Below are positions 29,117 through 43,990 of a DNA stretch of 64,000 nt, in pieces. Numbering within the stretch: position 1 is the first letter of the stretch; each line of letters opens with the position of its first letter. Under the pieces are notes generated by a model. It was given only the letters and a program-made list of their open reading frames with translations. It was not told where the DNA came from and searched no databases. A program made the position numbers and the translations under genes. Origin of the DNA: Eledone cirrhosa (Eukaryota); assembly GCA_964016885.1 (NCBI GenBank), contig OZ024740.1, positions 314,774,001-314,838,000 on the forward strand, in the 5' to 3' direction.

Positions 29117-29994
29117 AGGGATATAAAAAGAGAACTGACATTAGAGAGAGAAATGAATGTTACATTGAGTGACGCGCATGCGCGCACACACACACAAACA
29201 TACATGTTGGGTGTCTGTATAATGTATAGGTTTTCTTTTCAAACTTTCTTCGTCCATTTTTACCAATGGAATATATTCCTTTTCTCTGTCTTTTCTTTCC
29301 TTTTTCTCAAATCATTGCTTTCCTTAATATTATATTTATAGATGATTTATTCACAGTTGTATAAATAACATTACAAATTGTTCACAGTTCTTTCAGAATG
29401 AAAATATAAACACAAATATAAACACATATAGTAAATACAATTAATCCTCATGTTGCGGATCCACTGATCAGCCAGATTTGAAATAAAAAGTATGAATAAA
29501 AAGATGACAGTGGCCACGCGATTCCGAGTAGTACCCAGTGCCATGATCTCATCAGACAGCTTCTTACAGAATAAGGTTACAATCAGGAGGTAATCCAAAA
29601 TTGAAGTGAAATACATAGAAATTTATACACCATAAAATTCTATACACCAGCCTTTGGTTAAAACGATTCATAATTTTGCTCAAGCTCCACAAGACTTGAG
29701 TCAACATGAGGATTAATTGTATTTACTATATGTGTTTATATTTGTGTTTATATTTTCATTCTGAAAGAACTGTGAACAATTTGTAATGATATTTATACAA
29801 CTGTGAATAAATCATCTATAAATATAATATTAAGGAAAGCAATGATTTGAGAAAAAGGAAAGAAAAGACACAGAGAAAAGGAATATATTCCATTGGTAAA
29901 AAAGAACGAAGAAAGTTTGAAAAGAAAACCTATACATTATACAGACACCCAACAGACGGCAATTAAATGTCTGTTGGTGTGTGTTTGTGTGTGT

Positions 29995-30041
<47 letters not shown>

Positions 30042-30268
30042 TGTGTCCGCATCCCTCAATGTAACATTCATTTCCGTCTTTAATGTCAGTTCTCTTTTTC
30101 TACACACCCTCTCTCTTTCCCTCACACTATATATATAGTGGGTTTGTATTTTAATAATATAGACTTAATTAAATTATTGAGTGAGAAAACGACCGAAGCT
30201 GTGTCTATATGTATATATATGTGTATGTGTCTGTGTGCGCGCGCGCGTATGTGTATTATAAAGTGTCG
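28937..30268. repeat. Long inverted repeat (~520-570 bp arms, ~245 bp spacer)
   Basis: 28937-29456 mirrors 29702-30268, including internal (CA)n and (GA)n tracts of different length. Confidence 0.9.
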
Positions 30269-30283
30269 TTGTAACGCGAGTGC

Positions 30284-30326
30284 TAAGCTCTGATGATTAC
30301 CAACATGAAACCGATCTGTTAGCTTA
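30284..30326 (+). ncRNA. Hammerhead ribozyme (stem II decayed)
   Basis: taagct-CTGATGA-ttaccaacat-GAAA-Cc GATC tG-TT-agctta. Confidence 0.6.
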
Positions 30327-30481
30327 TCTCCCTTTGTTTGTTGAAAAAAGAAGTAAGTGACATATTCACTACTTTAAAATAATAGCGCAAGGTCTTCAAA
30401 ATGCTTTTAATTAAGCATACAGTATATTGCCAAATATACTATATATACACTCATGTATACATCGCTATTTCAGAGCACCAA

Positions 30482-30512
<31 letters not shown>

Positions 30513-30722
30513 GAAAAATATGGGGAGAAGAATACTGCATGGTTGCACATGGATTACATATTATAAAATTAGTCCCTCATCAGTGATTTGCCAACGATCA
30601 TTGGTATTTCATCGCATTAAAAATCATATACCTCACGTTGGTGCGAGCAATAGCTAAAATAAGCTATTGGGACAAGTGAAACGCGTAAAGCGAGTGAGAC
30701 AAGTAAACAACATCGAAGAAAG

Positions 30723-30792
<70 letters not shown>

Positions 30793-30809
30793 CACATATA
30801 TATACATAA

Positions 30810-30866
<57 letters not shown>

Positions 30867-30986
30867 AACTTATGTATATGACGATCGATTTGACAGAGTA
30901 GTTAGAATGATTGAATATATATTCCAGATCTCTGTGTTCAGAGTTCAAATCCTGCGGAGGTACACCCAACATTAATGCTTACTATG

Positions 30987-31130
<144 letters not shown>

Positions 31131-31582
31131 TGCATTAGAGTCTCACACGCTAAATATAGTACAATTTGAAGGCAATTTGCAGATAAATAACCGTTTTAGG
31201 AGTGTTCCCACGAAAACGTTGAGAAATTTGAAAAGAATAAAATTTAAATCATAAATAATAAAGCCTAGTATTGTCTTCATTAAAACTAAAGTTGGTGAGA
31301 AACCTTCACACTGTTCTTCTGTATTATAAAACAAGATGAGATATCAACTTTCTGTTGCATCATGAAACAAATAGATCGTTCTTTGTACCTTCCTCTAAGA
31401 TTATAAACGTTCTTTGCCAATGACTAATTTTTTACAAAGTATGAAATAGGGAATTCATATCTACTTGATCATAATGCAAGATGCGTGCAAAATCTAATAT
31501 GAAAGTATTATAATATTGTTCGTAACAATAGTTAATGGAAAGATTTTAAGTAGTTAATACATATTTATCTATAAATATATAT

Positions 31583-31622
31583 AGGTATAAAACTCCGACC
31601 GCGGCGCCAAGCGGTTTTCTAG
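31583..31622 (-). ncRNA. Hammerhead 3' half related to the 4880 family
   Basis: Minus GAAAA-CCGC ttGGCGCC GCGG-TC-ggagtt..cctata. Confidence 0.5.
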
Positions 31623-32001
31623 CACCGCAGACTCTTTCTCCCCCCCCCCCCCCTCTCTATATATATATCCTATTACACGGGTACACATACGCACATACGT
31701 AGAATTTACGTATATTTATATATATGTGTATGTGAGGCAGGTCTCACTCACTCACATAATCTGTAGTTGTTTGATTTGCACGTCTTTTCAGGCGGGTTAG
31801 GAAATTCAGAATACATCAGCTGACCGTAAAATAAAACAATGGATAGGTTCATTACTGTATGATCTTGATCTAAAAATATAGTTTGGTAAAACACGCCTAC
31901 AAGGTTTCACATACAGAAAGTGCTTAAGTGGTTGCAACCAAAAAATAGTGTTTGTCTGCAGTAAAATGTTTATTGTAATGCAGTTTGAAATTCCTCTTGT
32001 C

Positions 32002-32282
32002 TACGAGGATCGGCTGAAAGGTTCTTAAGCTGAAAAGTTGATTGGCTGACCAAGAGTTGAAATTCATGCATGCAAGATTTCACAGCTCTAGCATCCCTCT
32101 TTCATAGGCTGACAAAAATACTCTCATGGAATGATAAAATGAGGTTTATTTTTCAACATAGTCCCTGAAAAGAAACAATGCAGTTATTAATAAAAAGAGT
32201 TAAAATTAATGCATACACGATTTCACAGTTCTAGCATTAATCCTTCATAGTCAGCCTATAATCTTTTCAGTCCACCTTCGTA
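32002..32282. mobile_element. Mariner-like MITE
   Basis: Ends TACGAGGATCGGCTGAAAGG and (revcomp) TACGAAGGTGGACTGAAAAG; TA at both termini. Confidence 0.6.
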
Positions 32283-32439
32283 CATGTTCTATCCTATATT
32301 AACTACAGAGAAAATAAAGTAATATAATGTATACATGTTTATATGTGATGTCAATATGTGTGGAACAAAGATATAAATACATTGATAAGAACATAATTCT
32401 TTATTTTAACGACACTTAAATCTTATACATGAAACAATA

Positions 32440-34230
32440 TATTTAACACAGGAAAATATTGACGAGAAGAAGCTTGCAAAATACGATTCTGAATGACTTA
32501 GAACCAGGAGAATGATTAAGGTTTCTTCTATAACTAAGACTCCTTTTATAACTTATCCCAATACGCGAGTGTAATGTTATTTTGCCACCGCTTCTCTTCT
32601 GTGAATGCTGATCTTCAATACATACAAACATTTTCTGAGATGCATGGTAAGGGCAAATAACATTTCAATATTGTTAAAATACAGAGGGTTCATGGCCCAT
32701 GTGGTTGCCTCAACAGGAATTCACCTTCCATGGAAGGTAAAGGAAATCTACTGAAGTATTGTTGTTAAGACCATTTTTGTTAAAGGGAATTAAACATTTG
32801 AAGATGGCTAACTTTAAATTCTGACAAAAGGAGAGCACCAAAGTATGGAAGCTTCCAGGCCTCAAGAGAACAGCATGAAATTGACAAAATATGGATAGTT
32901 CCTTACTGACTACTTCTGACCAAGATATTTAATACACACATGAACGTTAAAATAGAATAAAATCTATCAATTGTTTTTACAAATATGTCAACAAAGGGTC
33001 TGATGATGCACTTTGTTCTGTTGCAATGAAATTACTCTCTTCCAGCTGGGGCAATACATCAACAACAATAAGGCTTTCTTGTGTATTTTGCCTTTTCTAT
33101 TCATGACAGATATCCCGTTATCCAGCAGTTTGTATTTCATTTGAAAAATAGCCAATACGTTTACTTCACTCCAGTAAACTTGTCCATCAGTCAACACAAC
33201 AGTCAGTATACACAACGCTTACAGTCCTTTTCCAGCCATGGTAGCATGATACCTTTACATTAAGTTCCGTTCTACTGCACACGGAATAACATACAATAGA
33301 GACGAAGACAGCAATGTCCTCCTATTGAAAACAAGCATCAGATAAAGTTTGGTTCATAATGAAAATGAATCAGTCGAAAATACTAAGTTAACACAAATTA
33401 CACAGCATACAACTTAAAAGAAATATTTTCTACTATTCTTATCAACAGAAATATCAATTATTTCACCGACTTACATACCAACAGATATATTAGCATATTT
33501 TTGCTCAACATTTGGTATTGTTACGCTATTTAGTCAGGTTCAATCCATTAAGCTCAGTAAATTCTACGTATGTGCGTAGCTTTGTGGTTAGGGTTTTCGG
33601 CTTGAGATTGTAAGGTCGTGAGTTCGATTCCCGGCGGTGCGTTATGTCCTTGAGTAAGACGCTTTATTTCATGTTGCTCCAGTCCATATTGATGATAATA
33701 TAAGCCGAGTACCCAACGTATATCTTTGTCGTTACCTTTAAATCGTGATTCCATTTCCACAATAACCTTATCCATGTGCAATGGCTGTCGTTGGTAGATT
33801 CAATAGTAGATCCATTGCTAATTCACCAACCATGGCCTGCAATCGACGAGATAGTTTCACTCAACTTTTCTACGCTTTCAAAAGCTTTCAAAGTTTTCTT
33901 CCTTTCTGCAGTTAGTAAAATTTTATTTGGTCATTATGGCTGCTGTAACATCTACAGTCTTTCTCTGGATATATTTGCTGAGTTTGTTTCTGTTTGACAG
34001 TAATATTTCCACTAGAATCAATTCAATAAAGTATTTACTTCAACTGACACTGTTTCTTTGTGCTTTGAGTTCGCTCGATAGTCTATAAATATGCTTTGTC
34101 AGTTAGTTTGTCTTTTTCTAGTTTTCGAAAGTAAATCTGCGACTATAAATGAACATTTTGCAAAGGTAACACGTTTTTTCATAGCCTTTTTCATATCCTA
34201 TTTTCATAGCCTTTGCAATTGATAAGAGGA
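32440..34230 (-). pseudogene. Possible highly degraded hAT-type transposase fragments
   Basis: Weak motifs DKVIVEMESRF, DNGISVM, KRSLS..RR; motif order is inconsistent with a single copy. Confidence 0.3.
33572..33690 (+). mobile_element. tRNA-derived SINE family B (CORE-like); related copies ~17030, 38800-39215, 45000, 59897, 60215
   Basis: gtggttagg..gagttcgattcc..gtccttgagtaagacgcttt. Confidence 0.7.
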
Positions 34231-34659
34231 AGAGAAGAAATTATCCTCAAGCTGGTGCCATAGATGAGTTCTGCTAAAGACAATAAATGACTATGTTGTG
34301 ATGTTAAATCGGGTGCTGGTTCAAGCCTATTTCCCTGGAACTCAGAACGCAACGAGCTACAACAAATATCGTGAGGCATTCCCCTCAACGCTCTACCAAT
34401 TCTGGCTAACTGAACTAGAAGCTAATTTATTGAGCCTGAAATTATGAACGACAACGTTGACTCCAGCGGGATTTGATCCCAAATCACACACAACCGGAAC
34501 AAATACTGCAAGGAATTGCCTCTTATGATCTTACGACTCTGTTAATGGCGTAGATAAGCCACGGATAAAATTGAAACGATTGAATCTTGAAATCTCTCAA
34601 ACTAGATTCCTTATTAAATCTGTTTGGTTTATATTATATCAGAAGGTGGATTGGTAGTA

Positions 34660-34849
34660 GCGGTGGATTGGCAGTATCGGTAGAGGGTCGGACGCCATGC
34701 TTTGACGCATAGAGTTACGGTCCTTGCCATTCTGAGTTCAAATCCCGCCGAGGTTAACTTTGCCTTTCATCCTTACGGGGTCGATAAAATAAAGTACCAG
34801 TAATGCACTGGGTAATTGCTGGCCTTGTGCCAAAAGTAGAAACAATTAT
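34660..34849 (+). mobile_element. Full-length SINE A
   Basis: A-box TGGCAGTATCGG, B-box GAGTTCAAATCC, tail agaaacaatta. Confidence 0.9.
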
Positions 34850-35506
34850 ATCAGAACTGGCCGGTTTGGTGCAATATCAATGATATTGTCCTTTATTTCA
34901 TCATCTTCCTAACTCGAAATATTTTCTCATTCGTTGGGAGTAAGACTCTGTAGAGACTCAAGAATTTTTTGCGATATTCTGGTCGTCAATACCATCAAAA
35001 CTATTCTTAGTGATAGTTTGGGAAGTCATGTAAGTTATAGATATGTCTCTTTATTATTATCTCCTTTCTTTTTTATCTCTAAGATTTATCTCTAAGATTT
35101 ATCGTTAAATGTTTTTATAATTAAAACCACTCAGTGTCTTGCGATTTTTCCGGTACTGATGTGAAAGTCACAGCCTGACCAGCATCAACTGATTTGACGC
35201 GTTTTTTTTTTTTGGTAGGGTAATAAGACTCTTTTTATTTGTCGCATTCTGCATATTTGATGCAGTGACGATAAAATACGTCAGGGAGAACAGCTCGGCA
35301 TTATTAAATATATATTTCAAATAGAACTTGTTCGACTTTCCATCCTCAGAAGTATATTGTTACATCAAACATTGAACATAGAACGATAAAAAAAAAAAGC
35401 TCCGAGTTATTCTGAAATCGACGAAACGGAAACTGACGTGTAACACGTTAATATCTCTCTCTCCACCCTCTCTCTCGGCCCTCTCTCTTAGCCCTCTCTC
35501 TGTGCC

Positions 35507-35619
<113 letters not shown>

Positions 35620-36429
35620 GAGGACAACTTGAAGATTGTATTAAATATCAAACATTTTCAGTGGCAATTAATTTGTTATTATTAATTTGTTATTATTCCC
35701 GATTTATTAAACATTTTACTTTCTTTGTTTGACTTTATTTTCTTTTTACTTTGCTCGAATTTCTGCTCGAATTTCTGCCACTATTTTGCCCGAGTTTGGC
35801 GGATCATTTGCCACCCTGCTCCTGTCTTGTAAACCCACAGTAAACTCCTTGTTCATCTAAACACTATATGATATTTAGACATTAAGAATAAACACCGACT
35901 CCAAATATGGTCACTGCTGCTATGAAATTTATTGGCAAAAATATTTAACAAAACAACGATAATTGTTGGTATGTGTGTGTGTCTGTTTGTGTTGTGTGTG
36001 TGTGTGTGTGTGTGTGTGTCTGTTTGTGTTGTTTGTGTGTATGTGTGTGTGTATGTGCGCGCGTGTGTGAGTGTGTGGATGTGTGTGCGTATATGAGTGT
36101 TAGTGTGTGAATGTGAGTGTGTACGTGTGTATGTGTGAGTGTATGTGTGTGAGTGTATGTGTGTATGTACATATGTGTGTGTGTGTGTGTCAGCATTATT
36201 AACCCTTATGTCTGACAACTGCCACCTTACTCCTTCCCTAATATGTCGTCTGCCTATTGGTCCCAGCCGACAGGAGGGAGAAGACGAGACTTCTATGTGA
36301 ATTAAACTAATGGGAATAATGAACCTGGACTATTCTACTCAAAGATAAATATGGAATAGTTACCTCGCGGGATATTCTAGCTGTTTCGGTAAATATTCAT
36401 CTCGTCAAAACCTTTAAAACTATTTGTCT

Positions 36430-36929
36430 GCGTGTGTGTATGCGCGCGCGTGTGTGTACATGAATATGTATGTTTATATACATTCACGTTTACGTGAATG
36501 TGCGTGTATGTATACACACACATATACATACGTACATACACAATTATATAATGCATACATACATATATACATGCATGCATACATACATAAATGCATACAT
36601 ACATCATATATATACACATACGCATATACATATATACATATCACAAAATGCATACATACATATATGCATATATACATGAATGCATACATATATATATAAT
36701 ATATACATACATACATACCCACATATGATACATATATACATGCACATAGATAGATAGATAAATACATATATCCGTACATACATAGATACATAAATATATA
36801 CATGCATCCACAATACATACATAAATACATAAGTACATGCATACATACACATAACATAATATACATACATAAATACATATATATTTATATATATATATAT
36901 ATGTATTTATATATATATATATACGTATA

Positions 36930-36964
<35 letters not shown>

Positions 36965-36991
36965 GTATTTATATATATATATATATATATG

Positions 36992-37050
<59 letters not shown>

Positions 37051-37143
37051 TCATCATCATCATCATCATCATCTTCGTTTAACGTCCATTTTCCACGCTA
37101 GCATGAGTTAGACGGGAGTTGACTCACTTGAGGCAAGGTTGGT

Positions 37144-37200
<57 letters not shown>

Positions 37201-38102
37201 TATATACATACATATATACATACATACGTACACATATACATGTATACATATATACATACATACATACATACATACATACATACATACACACATACACACA
37301 TACATACATACATACATACATACAAACATACACAGAAACATACATATATATATACACATCACATAATATACATACATACATACATACATACATACATGCA
37401 TACAAACATACAAACATACCAATAAGATAAACATGCATTTATGAAAAATGGGTTTTAGTATCTACACACTTGTACCAGTCTTATACCAATGTCTATCTTT
37501 ATATCAGGAATGTACCAGTCTTATACCAATGTCTATCTTTATATCAGGAATGCAAATCTCAAATCCAGCTGACAATCAAAAAATAATTCTTCCCCGGATT
37601 CTCATTGGTTAACAGGAAATACCAGAAATGCATGAATATATCTATGCGTGTGTGTATGCGTGCGTATGTGTGTGCGTGTGTACGCGCGGGTGTTTGTGCG
37701 TATGGAAAAGAGAAAAGAGAGAAAGAGAGGGAGATGGAGGGAGAGAGGGAGAGAGAGAGAGAGAGAGGGAGAGAGAGAGAGGGAGAGAGAGATAGGGATA
37801 TGGTGAATGAGAGAGTGAGAGGGAGAGCGAGAAGGAGAGGAAGAAGGAGAGAGGGAGAGAGGGAGAGAGGGAGAGAGGGAAAGAGGGAGAGAGGGAGAGA
37901 GGGAGAGGGAGAGCGAAAGGGAGAGGGAGGGGGAGATAGGGATATGATGAGTGAGAGAGTGAGAGCGGGAGAGAGATGGAGGAGAGGAAGAGGGAGAGAG
38001 AGAGAGGGGAGAGAGCGGGAGAGAGGGAGGAAGAAAGGGAGAGAGAGACGGAGAACGAGAGAGAGAGGAAGAGAGAGAGGAAGAGGGAGAGGGAGAGGGA
38101 GA
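36430..38102. repeat. Compound low-complexity block ((TACA)n, (TA)n, (GA)n polypurine)
   Basis: Direct inspection; includes a 40-bp tandem duplication at 37471-37552. Confidence 0.9.
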
Positions 38103-39973
38103 AAATATAATGTTTATCTTATTTCATTGGTTACAAATAAATTGTATGTCTGTACATGATAACTACTTGTTACATGATTTTCCATTGGTTAAAACAAAAT
38201 ACTCGTTTTTATTGTTTTAACCATTTTAAAACATAAATGAGCTTTCATTTATTTATTGATATATTTATTTTTTTGTATCAACAAAAGGTTGCTAATAAAT
38301 TATAATTTGCACACATACACACATATTCTCTCTCTCCATCTCTCATTTTTACACATATATACAGACACACATATACACACGCTCTCCCTTTTTTCTCTCT
38401 CACTTATACACACACACACTCTCTTTCTCTCTTTTACTCACTCTTTTACACACAGACTTTCCAAACATCTCTCTCTTTCTTATACACAGACACACATGCA
38501 TACATGCATCTACTCTGTCACGTATACATATACACAGTAATACATATAGTGGTGAAGGCGTTGTCTCTGACAAGGAGCCGTTGGCAGTTTGACTGACATT
38601 ATTAAAATGTTTAGAGATTAAAGAGAGAAGAAATATTAAGTCAATAAATAACAATATAAAACTAAATAAACAATTGTAAAATGGCGAGGAAGACGGAAAG
38701 ATAGAAATATAAAATGACTTTGTTGGTGCTGTGGGTTAGGCTTTTATTTGATATAAGATCAGGATTCCTATTTTTGGCACTATTTATCGTATCATATCTT
38801 TGGTCCCCTTTGGTCACGAATGACCATGAGATTTGCACCTAGAAAGTTCCCCTCTGAGGCACAAGTCTGGGCAAGGTTGTTTGTGGAAGACCAGTCGGCC
38901 ATGAATACCAGTCTCCTCTCTCCACGTCACCGATGTTATCCAAGGTAAATGCAATGGCCGATACAGTTTGGTACCACTGACGTGACAACATATGTATGAT
39001 ATATTATATACTTAATATATATACACTTAATACTCCCTATATACACTATGTGTACACTACGTATGATGATGTCCAGGGGAAAGACAATGGCCGATACAGT
39101 TTGGCACCAGTGTCGGCGCAAATCATTTTTACAGCTGAATAAACTGGAGAAACGTGAAATAAAGTGTTTTGCTCAAGAACATAACACATCACCCGGTCCA
39201 AGATTCGAACTTACAACCTTACAAAAGGAAATATGAGAAGAACCTGTAAAAATAAAAACAAAAACAAAAACAAAGCAGGAGGCTACTGGGAATAAGGAAC
39301 CAGTAACAAACTTCTACCAAACATTTTTGGTATTCTTTTGAATATTTCCTATACAGGTGGGCATTGGAAAATTTTTTCCATGTGAAAGTAGGGGACGACG
39401 CTAAAAGGTTGGGAACCTCTTTCTAGGGTAATGAATAGCAAATTCGAACCGATGTGTTTTGAACCCAGAACGTAGACAATCGCTAGTCCGACAAACAATC
39501 GTTGCCGAGATTCCACTACATTTTTTCATGTAAAATAATGATCGCTTTCGGCTAAACACAAATCTCCAAATATTTGTAAAGTTAGAATATGAAATATTGA
39601 AAACATTCACGTGGCTTCAAGAATGAGTTCAGACAATCTCACCATGTGTTTGTCTAAAGGCGGTCTACCGCTTTTGAATTACTGTAATTATGGTAACTTT
39701 TATTAAATGTTTTCTATCTTTGGGAGCGTAAATAAACTGTTTGGAAATAGTTCTGGGTGACTTTCGTGTTATTTCCAAAGAAATTAGCAGTACAAGGGAA
39801 TAGAAAATACCACAGAGAATATTTAAAAAAAAAATATAGTTTGCTAGTTGTGCCACCCGAGAGCAAAAAACGTCAAACTCTATCAGTTTCTAAGATACCA
39901 GTTGTTGTTGTTTAGTGTTAAGTCAGCCCTAATTGAGCAGATATATTCATAATAACGAGAACATAACTATAAT

Positions 39974-40418
39974 GCCGAGGTCATGAACACATGGCCCGCA
40001 GCAGAACAATTTTCGTGACTAATATTTTCCTAAAACTTAGTAGTTTGCCCCTCGCCCCTTCCAAGCTTTTGCAATTTACCCATGACATACCTACAATAAA
40101 ATGGAAAAACAAAACAAAATAATTTATCAAAAGAGAAAGCCGAAAAAGAGAAATTTACCAAAAATCAAAATGGAATTAAGAAACATTTTAAACGGAAAAT
40201 TTGTCCCCATACATTTCATACTAATTACCAAATCCCACTTACTATCATGTGTGTATTGATTTTGATGGAAAAAATTAAATAAATAGCAGCTTGTCAGCTG
40301 TGTTATAGATTAACTTTATAACTAGTATAGGTCACGCCCTCTATCTCACTTTTGGCCCATCGAGCCTTTCTCCCAGGATGTAATGGCCTTTTCGAAACCC
40401 ACAGTTTGAAACCCCTTC
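39974..40418. mobile_element. Possible decayed Charlie-type hAT MITE
   Basis: ccgaggtcatgaac..tggcccgc at left; tggccc..gtttgaaacccct at right. Confidence 0.35.
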
Positions 40419-40794
40419 TATAGTGTATAACATTCCACCATTTTACTTTATGATCCCGGACAATATGGAGTAAATAACAAATACTATTTCCGACTGATTC
40501 CTGTCTTTGCTAGAGCTCTAACTTCTATTTCGTTTGACACACACACACACACACACATACGCAAGATCTCCCCTTTCTTTCTTCATTTCTTTCCTTCTCC
40601 CTTTCTCTCTAACTATTATTCCTATTCTTGGACACAAATACAGCCGACCACAATTATTTATGCTCTGAAGTTGTCGGAGACATCGAGCGAGCTTTCGCAA
40701 ATTGCTTGACTATATCAGAAGATCCCCATAGCAATCATGAAGGGTGATTCGAATGGCATCCTTTCTTCTTCTACCACTTTAATATAAAAATATA

Positions 40795-40992
40795 ATTGTT
40801 TCTGACTTAGGCACAAGGCCAACAATATTTTGGGGAGGGGTAAGTCGATTAAATCGACCAGTACGTTACTTATGCTTTATTTTATCGACTCTCGTAAGGA
40901 TGAAAGGCAAAATTAATCCCGACGGAGTTTGAACTCAGAACGTAACGGGCCGTAACTCTATGCTACGAAGCATGGTGTTCGATGCTCTAGCG
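40795..40992 (-). mobile_element. SINE A copy
   Basis: Matches family consensus. Confidence 0.8.
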
Positions 40993-42782
40993 AGAAATAA
41001 TACAATTTTGGGGTTCTCGAGCAATGAGAAATATAGTAAAGATGGCAATGTATTTGAACTATCGTGATGAAATTTCTCGAATTAAAAAATATATAACAGT
41101 TTGATTTGAAATAATTAGCAATGTTTTTGTTTTCTTTTGAAAACTTCGTATAACAAAGTTGATAGACTAGTGAACAAAAAAAAAAATGAGAAGGAAGGGT
41201 TAGTGGCGTGTGTATTGTTACCCACGTTATACCATGTCCATAACAAATGCACTTAGCTCTCAATGGTTATCAGAAAAACACATATACTGTGAAAACCAAC
41301 AGGTTGAATATGTTCCATAGTTAAACAAATAAATGGAACTAAGGGAAATAACTCAAGTAGGTCAATGCCATGAATTTAGATAAATAATTTAAAGGGTGGT
41401 GCTTTGAATGATGTACACAGAAAGTTCTTAATAATTGTTTGCAACTTTCAAAGAAAAAGATAGATAATGTTCAGAAAACAAGAAACAATTCCATGAAATT
41501 AATTTACATATTTAGAAGTTTGTTAAAGATGGTGAGATAATATTGTTTGACTTTTCTGTTTTTTCAAAAGAGCTTTAGCGACAGATGATAAAGGGAAATG
41601 GCTCAAATAATATTTAAAGAAGATGTAAAATAAGAAGTTGTAATAATCATAACATTTTCTAGACAAGAAGTTAAACATCTTTAAATGGGACTCGAAACTA
41701 CGGATGGCATAGTCGCGTACAATGTTCGTGTTATTTTAGCAGAATTACTAACAACAGAAGCAACTAAAGGGACAACCTTGTGTTATATGTATTAAACAAC
41801 TCACACTACCCCTCTTTATATGTTTTAGTTTACAGTGTTATCTTTCCTTATGTTTCGGCGCGAAAATAAAATGACAGGCGCTCCAAGCTAAATAGACTAT
41901 ATACACCGGATCTAATTTGGCAGGTTGTATAAGTATGGCGTGTTTATCGTTATAATGGAAGATGTGATAGTGGATATGATAAGGGGTAGAAGTCGTAGTA
42001 ATGGTGGTAGAAGTTATAGCAATAATGATGATGATGATGATTGTGATAATGATGATGATGACAGCAAGACTGTAATCTTAGCAGTATGGCGATAAAAGAA
42101 AAAAAAACATCATCTCTAAACTAACTGTTTTAAGTAATAACAAAAATTGCGTTGACAATCAAAATATAAACTAAACTGCTCCTACTGCAGTCTCTACTGC
42201 TGCTGATGCTGTTAATGTTAATGTTGTTGTTAGAGATGGGAGGGGGTGAGGATTCTAATGTAGGAATTTGGTAACTTAGGATGGTTAATAAATTATATAA
42301 TCTGTAGCTTCTATTTAATACACCTTTTAAGAAAAAACACCTTGACAGTGGGTGTATCCCATTTAAATTGAAGGGCGGCCAGCTGACTGAAAGCCAGTCA
42401 GACAACACAACTTTATATTAGTCGGTGCTAGTGAACTGCTTAAGTTAAAATTAATAAAACGAACCAGAAAACCTGATGCAGCATTCTCTCAAAATTAACA
42501 TCTGTTAGACATCGTATTTTGGCTTGAGCTTTTTCTATACATTTTGTTTTGTATTAACCGTTGCAAACATACATTATTATTGGATTATTATATCGTCCTT
42601 CATTTTTCTCTAGTGGCTATATTTTACACACCTAAAGTTCTGCTTGTTTTGACCTCGAAGGAAAAAAAAATCTTCGTTTACATATTCAGTCGTCATATAT
42701 TTTTTAAATTGATACATACATTTTTCCCTCCCACAAACCTCTTTAATCTTGATCTACCACCAGTTTCTTCTGTTTGATAAGC

Positions 42783-43512
42783 ATGACGTTTGGAGATATA
42801 TTTCACAAGAAATTACAAGTTATACTTTTTCTTTTTTGCCTATGTTTGGTGAAAGCTAAAAATTACACAAAGCAAGTAACTATTCGAACAGACTCTTGTT
42901 CTTATACCCTCCTCGTAAACCGCCGCGTCACGACTGTTTGTCCAACTTTGTCACCTAACAAAACAGAACACAAAATCAATGTTGATAAACAGGCAGATGA
43001 TGAAGATGATATTTTTACTGAACCGGGATCAAATCCTGAAAGCGGAGACTATTTTTTCGACGCTGACTCGTCGGCGTCACCACCAGCAGATGACAAAAGT
43101 AGCGGTGTTTGCCGGAGACGAATGGCGTTCTTGACTCAACGTTTGCAATATCTACAAGAGATGCAAAAGGTGGAACGTGAACGAGCAAATTTATATGAAA
43201 GTAACGTAAAGGGACACGATATGGAAATTGATCATATCGATACTGGCTTGGACACTTTAAAAATGAATCTCACCCAGTTGATTAAAGCATTACACTCCAT
43301 GGAAACAAAAGTATTTCGCCAGGAACGAATTAACAATAATCTCCATCACAAACTTTCTTCTATTGTTCTGGATATGGATGAGGTAAATAAGAATTTCCAA
43401 ATACGACCTTCAAAACCAGTTTCTCATTTTACAGATGGTTCTGGAGAAAATTTACTTCCAAAATACGCAACTTCATGTAATCTAGTGACACCGGCACAAC
43501 ACTCGTACCAAG
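42783..43512 (+). CDS. First coding exon of a secreted coiled-coil protein, probably angiopoietin-like/fibrinogen-related (FReD)
   Basis: 243 codons of non-repetitive open frame; signal peptide (LQVILFLFCLCLVKA); DSCSYTLLV motif; heptad-rich segment; strong donor CAAG|GTAAGA, phase 1, after HSYQ. Confidence 0.75.
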
Positions 43513-43629
43513 GTAAGAATTCACAAATTTTATTTGATTTACCTTTCTTTGTTTTGCAATCACTATCCACTGTATCAAATGATGTTTTGCTAAGTTTTAT
43601 TCTCAGCGTTTTATTATTATTATTGTCAT

Positions 43630-43990
43630 CGGTAGAGCGTTGGATAATATGCTTTGCGGCATAGAGTTACGGCTCTTTACGTTCTGAGTTCAACTCCCGC
43701 CGAGGTTAGTTTTGTCTTTCATCCTTACGGGGTCGATAAAATAAAGCACCAGTAATGTACTGGGGCCGATTTAATCGACTTCCCCCCTCCTTCAAATTGC
43801 TGGCCTTGTGCCTAAAGTAGAAACAATTATTATTATCATTATCCTCACAAGGGCGGCGGATTGGCAGTATCGGTAGAGCATCGGACACCATGCTTTGCAG
43901 CATAGAATTAGGGCCCTTTACGGTCAGAGTTTAAATTTAATCGACTTTCCCTCTTCCCTAATATCATTGATTTTGTGCCTAAATCAGAAA
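43630..43990 (+). mobile_element. Two adjacent SINE A copies (second internally deleted)
   Basis: Family A motifs at 43630-43835 and 43851-43990. Confidence 0.8.

Noticed and set aside
30630-30706. GAAACGCGTA with an upstream hairpin as a hammerhead
   Set aside because: The CUGANGA half is not recognisable; at best a dead remnant.
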